From the NCBI GenBank assembly GCA_963664815.2, contig CAXXHB010000003.1, forward strand, positions 3,456,001-3,520,000: DNA of 64,000 nt. Direction: 5' to 3'. The notes beneath the pieces were generated by a model. The model ran no database searches, was not told where the DNA came from, and saw only the letters and a list, made by a program, of their open reading frames with translations. Made by a program: the position numbers and the translations under genes. Position 1 is the first letter of the stretch. Each line of letters opens with the position of its first letter. Positions 48,791 to 58,554 of the stretch are shown here, piece after piece. This stretch comes from Spirochaetota bacterium (GTDB lineage Bacteria > Spirochaetota > UBA4802 > UBA5550).

Positions 48791-50575
48791 ATGAAAAAAA
48801 AATCAATTAAATCATCAGGTAAGCTTCTAATAAAAAAAAGCATCAAACCGTATTTTGATACAGATATATCCAAATATATCTCTCATGTATTTATGTCAAT
48901 TGTTATAGGACTTCTTGCCGGCGGCGGAGCGATTCTATTTCATCATATTTTATATATAACCAGAACATTTTTCAGACCTGACAATTTCAGGGAAAAGTTT
49001 GCTATACCTGTTTTTTTTATAATATTAATTCCTGTAGCCGGAGCGATTATAACATCTCTTCTTACATGGCTTTATCCTTCTGTTGCAAAAGAGAAAGGTG
49101 TTATCAGTGTAATCAAGGCGATAATAATAAAAAAGGGAATAATCCCGATCAAGGAAACGCTGTTCCATTTTATCGCACCGATAATCTCAATCGGTACAGG
49201 TGCCCCGCTTGGCCCAGAAGGGCCTTCAGCAAAAATAGGCAGCGGAATAGGCTCATATATGTCTCAGCTGTTCAGATACAAGAGCAATGATGTGATCATG
49301 TATACAGCCGCTGGCGGCGGTGCTGCGATAGCAGCTGTATTCAATGCACCAATTGCCGGTGTTTTTTTTGGTATCGAAGTTATACTGCTGAATGATCTTA
49401 AAAACAGGGCACTCAGTGCCCTGATAATAGCGGCAGTAATGGCGGACATACTTTCGCGTACCGTGTTGGGGAATCATAAAATCTTTATAATTCCGTCCTA
49501 TACCATAGGAGATTTATATACCTATCCTTTTTATATTCTTCTTGGAATTCTCTGCGGTGTCATTTCAATTATTTATCTTAATTTTTCAGAATTATTCAAA
49601 TTTATCTTTAACGAAAAATTAAAAATTTATAATCCTTTTCTAAGACTTCTACCCGTAGCGTTTATTTTCGGATTTTTTCTGATTTATCAATATGATCTTT
49701 TCGGAATTGGGTATATTGCAATCAACAAGGTCATTCAGGGGCAACTGCTTCCTGTACAGGTTCTGCAGCTTCTTATTTTAAAAATTATTTTCCTTGCCAT
49801 GTTCCTTCAGGCAGGTGCGTTTGGCGGTTCATTTGCCCCTGCCTTAAGCATAGGTACTTTCCTCGGTTATCTTATGGCAATATCTTCCAATATGATCCTG
49901 GGAACAGCCCTTGACCCTACGGCCTTTGCCCTCGTCGGTATGGGTGGAGTTTTAGCCGGTATAAATTCAATTCCCCTGACTTCAATTCTGCTGGTATTTG
50001 AAGTTACCAATGATTATAATTTTATTCTTCCTCTGATGCTCGTGGCAATTATTTCACATCTTGCAATTTTGTACCACAGGAAGGGTAATGAATACACTCT
50101 GGCACTTCTTGATGAAAATATTGATGTAACAAAAAAGGGTGACCTTGATATATTCAGAAAAATGACAGTCAGTTCTATATTGCAGAAAGACATGGATGTT
50201 ATTGATTATAATGCTCCTTTTAAAGAAGTTGTCAGCATAATAATCGATGCAAAATACGGTGATGTTTTTGTTGTTAACCATGACAGGCAGCTTGTCGGCG
50301 TTATTACCCTGAAGGATGTTCGTCAGACTCTCCTGGACAATGACCTCTGTGATCTGCTGATAGCAGGTGATCTTGCAATAGATATTCCACCGGTTAATGA
50401 AAATGATCCGGTTTCTTTTGCAATGCAGAAAATCAGTGAATATAATGTTGAAAATATTCCCGTCGTTAAATCGTCTGTGAACAGAGAATTCATCGGTATT
50501 ATAAACAACAGAGACATTATAGAAACATATTACAAAACTCTCGATGATATCAGTATGTCCGAATTTCTTCTCTGA
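48791..50575 (+). CDS. ClC family chloride channel/antiporter with tandem CBS domains
   Basis: LGPEGP, FNAPIAG..F.IE, GGSFAP, GMGG, FEVT; two C-terminal CBS domains. Confidence 0.92.
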   Translation: MKKKSIKSSGKLLIKKSIKPYFDTDISKYISHVFMSIVIGLLAGGGAILFHHILYITRTFFRPDNFREKFAIPVFFIILIPVAGAIITSLLTWLYPSVAKEKGVISVIKAIIIKKGIIPIKETLFHFIAPIISIGTGAPLGPEGPSAKIGSGIGSYMSQLFRYKSNDVIMYTAAGGGAAIAAVFNAPIAGVFFGIEVILLNDLKNRALSALIIAAVMADILSRTVLGNHKIFIIPSYTIGDLYTYPFYILLGILCGVISIIYLNFSELFKFIFNEKLKIYNPFLRLLPVAFIFGFFLIYQYDLFGIGYIAINKVIQGQLLPVQVLQLLILKIIFLAMFLQAGAFGGSFAPALSIGTFLGYLMAISSNMILGTALDPTAFALVGMGGVLAGINSIPLTSILLVFEVTNDYNFILPLMLVAIISHLAILYHRKGNEYTLALLDENIDVTKKGDLDIFRKMTVSSILQKDMDVIDYNAPFKEVVSIIIDAKYGDVFVVNHDRQLVGVITLKDVRQTLLDNDLCDLLIAGDLAIDIPPVNENDPVSFAMQKISEYNVENIPVVKSSVNREFIGIINNRDIIETYYKTLDDISMSEFLL

Positions 50576-50659
50576 TGATAATGTATTTATATTCTGGATA
50601 AAAAGCCGTTAAGCAATATTCAAATTTTTGAATATTAAAAAGTACAAATACTGTTTTGG

Positions 50660-51118
50660 GGAGATTTCATTTCAGTTGATAAATTTGCCGGTGTTGTTGA
50701 ATATAAAGGTGTTAAAACAACAAAAATAAGGAACCCCTGCAGAGAGCAGCTTATATTTTCAAACACCGATTTTACCGAATCATGGGTCAGAAATTATTAA
50801 AATATGCAGGAACGAAAAGTGATATTTTCTTTCGGGGTAACTTATAAGACACCGGTACGCGAAATGAAACTGTTAACAGAATAAATACAAAAAAATATTG
50901 AAGATATCGAATCAGTAAGATTCAACAGGGTTCATTTTCATAAATTCGGTGATTCAAGCCTCGATTTCGAAGTAGTTTACTATGTGCTGTCCGGTGAATA
51001 CAATGTCTATATGGATATTCAGCAGGAGATAAATATAAAACTAATGACGCTCCTGAAAAAAATGAAGGTTGAGTTCACCTACCCCACTCGAACCCTGTTT
51101 ATGGAAAATGTAAAATAG
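50660..51118 (+). pseudogene. mscS: Mechanosensitive channel MscS, C-terminal remnant
   Basis: Manual translation GDFI.VD..GVVEY.G.KTT.IR...EQLIFSN..FGDSSLDFEVVY..DIQQEIN..FTYPTRTL with in-frame TAA at 50798 and 50882; TM region missing. Confidence 0.88.
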
Positions 51119-51135
51119 CTCACTAAAACCTCTGC

Positions 51136-52992
51136 TCAACCCGGAGCTTTGCAGAGCAGAGATTCAAGCTGATCAAAACTTTCAGATGATGCCATGACAT
51201 ATATTTCATCATTCAGGTGCAGCTCAAACGTGTCATGATAAATATATTGCTCAATACCGTTTCTTACGACTATAAATATAGTCACGCCATCGGGAAGCGG
51301 ATATTCTCCCGCTTTGTTATTAATAAATTCTCTGCATGAAATCTGAAATGACCTAAGCTGCTGTTTCTTAAGAGAAAACCTCTCTTTAAGTTTAGAAAGA
51401 AATCCATCCCACGACAAACTGCTGTCAACATTATTCCTGACACCGAAAGCGGGTTTTATATTTTCATTCTTTATAATTTCAGAGAGTTCTTCATTCGCTT
51501 TCTCATTAAGTACAGTGAAAAGATTTTTTATACCGAATGTGTCCTTTAAAAAGCGGCAGAATATTATATTTATTTCATTATTATCCGATGCCGCAAATGC
51601 TGACATAAAATCATCTACCTCGATACCGCTGTATGTTGCAGGATCAAGGGCATTTCCTTCACAGCACGAAAAACCTCTTTTCTCAGCCATCTGACAGTTT
51701 TTTTTGTTTGAATCCACAAAAAGCACATCCGTCCCATTGGAGCTCCATTTATCAGCAATCATAAGCGAAATATTATTCACTCCAAGAATTATCAGATTCC
51801 TGTCACCCTTTACAAGGATATTGAGTTTTCCAGCAATCCACTTTGCAGAGAGCCCCTGAAGAAGCACTGTTACAGAAATAAGCATAAAAACAAGTATCTC
51901 AATAGTTTCAGCTTTTTCAATTCCGGCAGCCTTAAGTTTGAATGCCGCAATTGATGCAACTGAAAGAGCAATAATTCCCCGGGGGCCAATCCAGGACATG
52001 AAAAACTTTTCCTTTAAATTAAACCCCTCTTTCCTTGTGCTTAAAAAAACAACCGGAAATCTTGCAATAATTATTATAAAAACTACAATAAGCCCATCAG
52101 TCAGATATTGCTCCAGATGTCTTACATCAAAATTAGCTGAAAGCAGAACAAAAAGAATGGATGTGACAATACGGGTAACCTGATCCTTAAAACTCTGAAT
52201 TTTCTTTTTCTCCCTGTAATCCATTGTACTCAGGATCAAACCGATAATCACCACAGTAAGAAGGCCTGATTCCGGTATAACTTCATCAGAAACAATATAT
52301 GCTAAAAACACAAATCCGAGGGTAAAAAAACTGTTGCTCTTTGAAGGTATAATATTTGTTTCGCATATTATATACTTTATGAAAAAACCCGATCCAATAC
52401 CGATTACCGCTCCCGCAAACAGCGAGCCAACGAAACCTGCTATTGAAAGTATTATTTCATGACGGGAAAGCACGAACTCAAGTGTTACAATGGCAAATAT
52501 CGCGCCGACAGCATCAATAAGTACGGCTTCTCCGTTAAGAAAATTTTTAACCCTGCTACCAAGTGCTATGTGGCGTATTACAGGTTTTACCACAGTAGGG
52601 CCTGTAACAACTATAAGAGTGGAGAATATGAGTGAGATCTCCCACGACAGCCCCAATATATACTTTGCTGAAATAAATCCCACAGATACCATAACAATTA
52701 CAGATAGCACGATGTCTTTGAAGAGAACTGACCTGAGCAGTCTTATCTGCTTTATATCAAGAGACAACCCCCCTTCAAAAAGTATAATCGTTACAAAGAC
52801 CGTAATCATAACAGTGAGGCCATTGCCCAGCATTCCGGGATTTACGAGTCCTGCAACACCCGGACCGGATAAAATTCCCATGGCAAAATAAAACAGGATT
52901 CCGGGTATTCTGAATTTTTCCGAGAGTACTATACCTGCTGACCCCAATATTATACTGAACATAATAGTTTTAATAACTGTACTTTCAACCAT
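51136..52992 (-). CDS. CPA1/NhaP cation:proton antiporter with TrkA-type domains
   Basis: ILFEGGL, VTGPTV, E..LID..GA, ESGLL, GPRGIIA; C-terminal RCK domains. Confidence 0.92.
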   Translation of the reverse strand: MVESTVIKTIMFSIILGSAGIVLSEKFRIPGILFYFAMGILSGPGVAGLVNPGMLGNGLTVMITVFVTIILFEGGLSLDIKQIRLLRSVLFKDIVLSVIVMVSVGFISAKYILGLSWEISLIFSTLIVVTGPTVVKPVIRHIALGSRVKNFLNGEAVLIDAVGAIFAIVTLEFVLSRHEIILSIAGFVGSLFAGAVIGIGSGFFIKYIICETNIIPSKSNSFFTLGFVFLAYIVSDEVIPESGLLTVVIIGLILSTMDYREKKKIQSFKDQVTRIVTSILFVLLSANFDVRHLEQYLTDGLIVVFIIIIARFPVVFLSTRKEGFNLKEKFFMSWIGPRGIIALSVASIAAFKLKAAGIEKAETIEILVFMLISVTVLLQGLSAKWIAGKLNILVKGDRNLIILGVNNISLMIADKWSSNGTDVLFVDSNKKNCQMAEKRGFSCCEGNALDPATYSGIEVDDFMSAFAASDNNEINIIFCRFLKDTFGIKNLFTVLNEKANEELSEIIKNENIKPAFGVRNNVDSSLSWDGFLSKLKERFSLKKQQLRSFQISCREFINNKAGEYPLPDGVTIFIVVRNGIEQYIYHDTFELHLNDEIYVMASSESFDQLESLLCKAPG

Positions 52993-53040
52993 GTTGCCCG
53001 ACCTGCCGGATTTGTATTAGTAATGTTTTATTATTAAATG

Positions 53041-54353
53041 ACTTGAGTTAGGCGTTTTTTTAAAAGAAAAAAGATAATGGGGCAAAAACAGTATTAATTT
53101 TTTACCCCATTATGAATAGTATTTTAAAAACTCTAATGAATAAAAAAATAAACAACAGATTACAGAAGACAAGTATTTTACAGCGGCGAAAGAAATTTTT
53201 TCAAAACCGCAAATGAGGCATTTTACTAAGATGCTGAAAGGGATAATAGAATATGATGGTCGTCATACAATCTCAAGTATCAACTCCATTAAGGTTGACG
53301 CAAGAGATGTTAGTAATGATATAAAGTTTATAAGAGATACAGCTTGGACCTGTAAAGATCTTTTAAGAGTTAACAGGAATTTTTTAAAATGTATAGCGAA
53401 GAAAAAAGGGACAGGCTTTTTAATAATAGATGATACTGTGATAGAGAAGCCGGGAAAACCGAAGAAGATAGAAAGTCTCGGGTGGCATTATTCTCATTCA
53501 AAAGGCAGAACGGTATATGGTCACAGCTTGGTGACAAGTCATTATAGATCAGGGGATATATCTTTCCCATATGATTTCCGGTTTTATCTAAATGAGAAAG
53601 TGGCAACTGAAACCGGAGAAGTATTTAAAACAAAACCGGATATAGCATGTGAATTGATAGATAAGTTTGAACCTTTTACGGGAGATAAGATATACTGTTT
53701 AGTAGATAGCTGGTACACATCGGAGAAAGTCGTAAAAGCTGTAAAAGACCGGGAATTTGAACTTATAGGAGCGCTTAAGAGCAATAGAGTATTCCAGTTC
53801 AAAGAGCATGGTAAAAAACATAAGCTGTCAGCTTATGTGAAAAACTTAAGAAACTCATCCTTTGAGAAAGTAAAATTAAAGGATGAAGCCTTCAAAGTCA
53901 GACGGATAGAAGTCTGGCTGAAAGGTATCGGTAATGCAATTATACTGATATCAAAGAGAGTCAAGGACGGATCTAGAATGTTCATCCTTAGTACGGATAT
54001 GAACTTGAATAATGAAGGCATCTTGAAATATTACAGCTTTCGCTGGGATATTGAAGTTGGATATCTTTATTGTAAAGATCGTCTTGGTATGAGTCAATAC
54101 CAGATGAGGAAACTGAAGGCAATAGAAAAATACTGTGCTCTTGTATTTGCTGCGTATGCTTTACTTAAATCATTGAGAGTTTCTAATAATGAACAAAGTC
54201 TTGGTAAATCAAGGCAGTACTTCAAGATTATGAAGAAAAGGGAATATGTTGATCAGTTGATCATATTACATAAAAAGGGTGTTTCAAAAAGAGACATCTA
54301 TAAAAAATTAAAACTCTCGGCGTAGATATGTCTAAAAAACGCCTAACTCAAGT
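53041..54353 (+). mobile_element. IS701-family insertion sequence
   Basis: Perfect 20-bp TIRs ACTTGAGTTAGGCGTTTTTT (53041-53060) / AAAAAACGCCTAACTCAAGT (54334-54353) around a DDE transposase; AAAT occurs on both flanks. Confidence 0.9.
53213..54325 (+). CDS. IS701-family DDE transposase
   Basis: IIDDTVIEKPG, VDSWY, LKSNR, RWDIE...K..LG. Confidence 0.9.
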   Translation: MRHFTKMLKGIIEYDGRHTISSINSIKVDARDVSNDIKFIRDTAWTCKDLLRVNRNFLKCIAKKKGTGFLIIDDTVIEKPGKPKKIESLGWHYSHSKGRTVYGHSLVTSHYRSGDISFPYDFRFYLNEKVATETGEVFKTKPDIACELIDKFEPFTGDKIYCLVDSWYTSEKVVKAVKDREFELIGALKSNRVFQFKEHGKKHKLSAYVKNLRNSSFEKVKLKDEAFKVRRIEVWLKGIGNAIILISKRVKDGSRMFILSTDMNLNNEGILKYYSFRWDIEVGYLYCKDRLGMSQYQMRKLKAIEKYCALVFAAYALLKSLRVSNNEQSLGKSRQYFKIMKKREYVDQLIILHKKGVSKRDIYKKLKLSA

Positions 54354-54720
54354 AAATAATAAATCGAAAAAAATCAGAGGGGTGATCACAAGCAGGCAGA
54401 TAGCAAGTGCTATTGCCGGAGAGATAGAACTTTTAGAGGAATGAAATATTTTATCCAAAAACATCTGTATTTAATATCTTACCATGTATCTTCTGCGGTG
54501 TTCATAAAAAGAGCTACACCGTTTAGAACCCCAAAGATCAAGTTTCTGGGACTTCCCCAAAAAACAATATGTGGATTCCTGATTTTTTATAAGAACTTTT
54601 TATACCAGAACAGGGTGGACTCTCCCCATGACTAGGAAATTATCCCACAACAAAATAGTTTAAATGTACACAAAATACAAAATAACCCGCATAAATAGAG
54701 ACTTAATCAAGCTTATTCTC

Positions 54721-54736
54721 TGGCATGAAAAATGCA
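54721..54736 (+). promoter_or_regulatory. Sigma-54 (-24/-12) promoter
   Basis: TGGCATGAAAAATGCA has GG-N10-GC spacing, 35 nt upstream of the OmpA/MotB start. Confidence 0.6.
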
Positions 54737-54771
54737 TTATTAATAACATAAATAATTTCAGGAGATAAAAT

Positions 54772-55449
54772 ATGAAAAAGATAATCGTAGCATTATCAGG
54801 TGTGTTATTACTCATTTTTTTTACTGCTGGTTGCGGAAGCAATCAGATCAAAGCAGAAAATGAAAAACTCAAAACTGAGCTGGCAGACTCGCAAAAAGAA
54901 CTGGCAAGATCAAAACAGAGGGAGATGGAGTTACAACTTGCTGTTAAAGCCGAACAGACAAAATGTGAGAATGATATTAAAGCTTTATCTAATGGATTTA
55001 ACAGGGAAATTGATGACGGTCAGGTTAGTATTAACAAAGTAAAAAGCGGAATAGCTGTAAATATGGCGGATAAACTTTTTTTTGAAACAGGAAAAGCTGA
55101 TATACAACCTTCAGGTAAAAAAGTTCTTAAACAATTTGCGGAAAACCTGAAACAGATGCAGGATAAAATTATACGGATTGACGGGCATACAGATAATGCA
55201 AAAATAAAAGAAAACTCAGAATTATATAAAATATATCCGACAAACTGGGAGCTAGCTGCAGCCAGAGCTATTAATGTTACAAGATATCTAACCGAAAAGT
55301 GCGGGATAGATCCTGTTATTGTATCCGCATCTACTTACTCTTATTATCAGCCGCAGGATACTAATAGCACAAAAAAGGGAAGAGCGAATAACAGAAGAAT
55401 TGAAATTATTGTAATGAATAAACAGGTTGTTGACATTATTAAACACTGA
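54772..55449 (+). CDS. OmpA/MotB family peptidoglycan-binding lipoprotein
   Basis: Lipobox TAGC, coiled coil, FETGKA, DGHTD, NWELAAARA, NRRIEI. Confidence 0.9.
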   Translation: MKKIIVALSGVLLLIFFTAGCGSNQIKAENEKLKTELADSQKELARSKQREMELQLAVKAEQTKCENDIKALSNGFNREIDDGQVSINKVKSGIAVNMADKLFFETGKADIQPSGKKVLKQFAENLKQMQDKIIRIDGHTDNAKIKENSELYKIYPTNWELAAARAINVTRYLTEKCGIDPVIVSASTYSYYQPQDTNSTKKGRANNRRIEIIVMNKQVVDIIKH

Positions 55450-55465
55450 GAAAGCAGATAAAATA

Positions 55466-55493
55466 AGCGGTGATATCGGAAGGTACCACCGCT
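55466..55493 (+). terminator. Hairpin downstream of the OmpA/MotB gene
   Basis: AGCGGTG/CACCGCT stem, weak T-tract. Confidence 0.45.
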
Positions 55494-55804
55494 GTATAAT
55501 TGATATATAAAATTTATATTAAAAAAGTATTATATTATTTTATAAAAAAATTATTAATTAGGAAGATGAATGAATATTAAAAACAATAAGGATTTTAATA
55601 TTGGTCGCGAAATATTGATTTTACTCTGGTTCATAACTAGATCAGCGGTAATAATTTTTTTTATTGTTATGATAGTAATGACAATTAAATTAATCATTGT
55701 CAGGATGATATTAAAACAGTGAAAAAATTTCCGGGTGAGTAGAATCGGCCGGACAATAAATTCATAAATACTTAAATTAAATAACGGATTGTGTGGCAAA
55801 GTAA

Positions 55805-57178
55805 ATGAATATTAAACTTTTCAGAGACCTTAAAATTGGTTATAAATTACTGATATTATTTCAATTCATGATGATACCGGTTATAATCATGTTCATCGCA
55901 TTTATGATAGTAATGAGCAAGCTTAATAATATAAAAAGCAATATACTGCTTGAAAATGTATCGAGTATCAGGGCCGGCTATAATCTTGAAAAATCTATAC
56001 TCAGCCTTAAAGGGCTTAAGTCATACTATATACTTGATGGTGATAAAAAATGGCTTGCTGAGTTTCAGTCAAACATGGTCACATTCAATGACTGGTATAG
56101 AAAATCTTTACAGTCTGCATATACGTATGAAGAACAAAAAACACTATCCGCATTATCACAAAATTACTACAAATACCTCGATTATCATAACAAAATTATT
56201 TCATTAGTTGAAAGGGGTAACCGCAGAGCCGCAATCGACTGTCTTTTAAACAGTTCATCCGGTGTTTACTCAACAATACTGGAAGAAAGTGAGAATTTAA
56301 TTTCAATTAATGAAAACAAAATTACAGAGGCTGAAGGACAATTTCTTAAGTACATAGAGTGGAGTAAATTTCTTTTTTATGTTATTATCATTTTATTCCT
56401 GATTTTTGGAGTGATACTGGTACTGACCACGACAAGAAGTATCAATGATAAATTTAAAATTATGATTGAATCGCTTACAGCCAATCATAAGAAGTTTGTA
56501 ATTTCTGAAAAGAAAGCAGCTATCGGAGAGATCGCCGCAGGCATATCTCATGAACTTAATAATCCCATCGGTATTATAAGTGGATTTACAGATCTCCTAG
56601 CTAACAAACCTGAACTGACAGAGGACGACAGAGAAATTATTATTGATATTAATAAAGAAGCACAACGGTGTCAAAGCTTACTGAAACAACTCCTTGATTT
56701 TGCAAAAACTCCTGAACCTTGTTATGTTGAAACTAATATAAGCGAACTTATTGATGAGACTTTAAATCTTTTTAATAATCAGGACAAATACAAAAACATT
56801 TCTTTTAATTTCATACCATCTTATAATTTGACAAATATATATATTGAACCGTTTCAGATAAAACAGGTGTTACTTAACATGATTATTAACGCATGTGACG
56901 CTGTAGATTATAAAGGTTATATAAATGTAAAACTGGAAAGACTGGGGAATAGTGTCCGTATTTGTATTAAAGATAACGGGAAGGGTATAAGCAAAGAAAA
57001 TATTGGTAAAATTTTTGCACCATTCTTTACAACAAAACTTGAAGGTGTCGGGCTGGGTCTGGCAATATGCAAAGATATAATTGAAAAACACAACGGTACT
57101 ATAGATGTTGAAAGTGAACAGGGGAATGGAACTGAATTTTTAATTCTGTTACCCAGTGGGAGTGAACATGAATCTTAG
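55805..57178 (+). CDS. Sensor histidine kinase (periplasmic four-helix bundle, HisKA, HATPase)
   Basis: Two TM; HELNNP, QVLLNMIINA, DNGKG, PFFTTK, GLGL. Confidence 0.93.
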   Translation: MNIKLFRDLKIGYKLLILFQFMMIPVIIMFIAFMIVMSKLNNIKSNILLENVSSIRAGYNLEKSILSLKGLKSYYILDGDKKWLAEFQSNMVTFNDWYRKSLQSAYTYEEQKTLSALSQNYYKYLDYHNKIISLVERGNRRAAIDCLLNSSSGVYSTILEESENLISINENKITEAEGQFLKYIEWSKFLFYVIIILFLIFGVILVLTTTRSINDKFKIMIESLTANHKKFVISEKKAAIGEIAAGISHELNNPIGIISGFTDLLANKPELTEDDREIIIDINKEAQRCQSLLKQLLDFAKTPEPCYVETNISELIDETLNLFNNQDKYKNISFNFIPSYNLTNIYIEPFQIKQVLLNMIINACDAVDYKGYINVKLERLGNSVRICIKDNGKGISKENIGKIFAPFFTTKLEGVGLGLAICKDIIEKHNGTIDVESEQGNGTEFLILLPSGSEHES

Positions 57179-58550
57179 TGATAGCAGACTTCTTATTCTT
57201 GATGATGAAGAAGGAATGTGCAAGCTCCTTAAAAGTATTTTAAGCAGTGAAGGATATGAAATAGTAATAAGTAAATCACCAATTAATGCACTTGAATTAA
57301 TAAGTACCGGTCATTTTGATCTGGCAATTGTTGATATAAGAATGCCCGAAATGGACGGAATTGAATTTATTAAAAGAGCAATGCGAATAAAACCAAGGCT
57401 CGGTTTTGTCATGATATCCGCTTATGGAAGTATTGGAAACGCAGTGGATGCGATAAAATTAGGGGCTTTAGATTATATAAGCAAACCTTTTGATAAGGAA
57501 GAGATTAAAATATCTATCCAGAAAGCTCTCGAACATGTTTCACTTGTAAAAGAAAACATCCGGATGAAACGGGAACTCGAGCAGCTTCAGGATATAGGAC
57601 AGGTAAGGTTTGCAAGCAGACAAATGAGTGAAATAATGGCATTCGCTAGAAAAATTGCGGAATCATCATTAAGTGTACTCATAACAGGGGAAAGCGGTAC
57701 CGGTAAGGAAGTAATTTCGAGATATATACACGAATGCAGCAGCCGAAAAGATCAGCCATTTGTACCGGTTCAATGTACTCTGCTCCCGGTTAATCTCCTT
57801 GAGAGCGAATTATTCGGTTTTAAAAAAGGAGCGTTTACCGGTGCGAATGAAAGCCGAACCGGTCTTTTTGAACAGGCAAATAATGGGACTATCTTTCTAG
57901 ATGAGATTGGAGATATCGCTCTTGATATCCAGGGTAAGCTTCTCCGATTTTTGCAGGATAGAGAGATACGACGTATCGGTGAATCAAAATCAGTTACACT
58001 AAACGTCAGGTTAATATCTGCCACTAATAAGAATCTTGAAAATCTTATTAAAGAAAAAGAATTCCGAGAAGATCTTTACTTTAGACTTAAAGTTTTCGTT
58101 ATTCATATTCCTCCACTCCGTGAACGAAAAGAGGATATTCCCTATCTAGTGCAGCACTTCATCAATGAAATAAATAAAAATAGAGAGAAACCCCTTGAGA
58201 TAGAAACTAAATGCATGAAGCAACTTATCACATATGACTGGCCGGGTAATATAAGAGAACTTAAAAACTCTATCGAAAGCGGAGCCGTGATCAGTGAAAA
58301 CAATATAATTACATTAGATGATATAATAGGTATCAGGGAAAATATACAGTATGAGACAACTTCCGATCTGAAATTTAAAGATTTAAAAAGCAGCATAATA
58401 GAAAATTTTGAAAGATCCTATATAACTCAAATGATGAATACTCACAAGGGAGCAATTTCCAGTGCTTCGAGGGATTCCGGGATAGACAGAAAAACATTCT
58501 GGCAGCTTTTAAAAAAATATGGACTGGAGCCTGAAAATTTTAAGGAGTGA
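57168..58550 (+). CDS. Sigma-54-dependent response regulator (NtrC/AtoC family)
   Basis: Receiver domain; GESGTGKE, GAFTGA, FLDEIG, WPGNIREL; Fis-type HTH. Confidence 0.95.
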   Translation: MNLSDSRLLILDDEEGMCKLLKSILSSEGYEIVISKSPINALELISTGHFDLAIVDIRMPEMDGIEFIKRAMRIKPRLGFVMISAYGSIGNAVDAIKLGALDYISKPFDKEEIKISIQKALEHVSLVKENIRMKRELEQLQDIGQVRFASRQMSEIMAFARKIAESSLSVLITGESGTGKEVISRYIHECSSRKDQPFVPVQCTLLPVNLLESELFGFKKGAFTGANESRTGLFEQANNGTIFLDEIGDIALDIQGKLLRFLQDREIRRIGESKSVTLNVRLISATNKNLENLIKEKEFREDLYFRLKVFVIHIPPLRERKEDIPYLVQHFINEINKNREKPLEIETKCMKQLITYDWPGNIRELKNSIESGAVISENNIITLDDIIGIRENIQYETTSDLKFKDLKSSIIENFERSYITQMMNTHKGAISSASRDSGIDRKTFWQLLKKYGLEPENFKE

Positions 58551-58554
58551 TACT

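Noticed and set aside
50798-50884. Stop-codon reassignment or readthrough in mscS
   Set aside because: TAA ends many intact genes in this window and the TM region is also missing, so decay is the simpler explanation.
54354-54660. Possible gene remnants right of the IS (CBS-like KIRGVITSRQIASA on plus; TspO-like WYKK..FG on minus)
   Set aside because: Too short and weak to support without a search.
55554-55799. 81-aa minus-strand ORF between ompA and the kinase
   Set aside because: Very AT-rich, no RBS or motif; probably promoter DNA.
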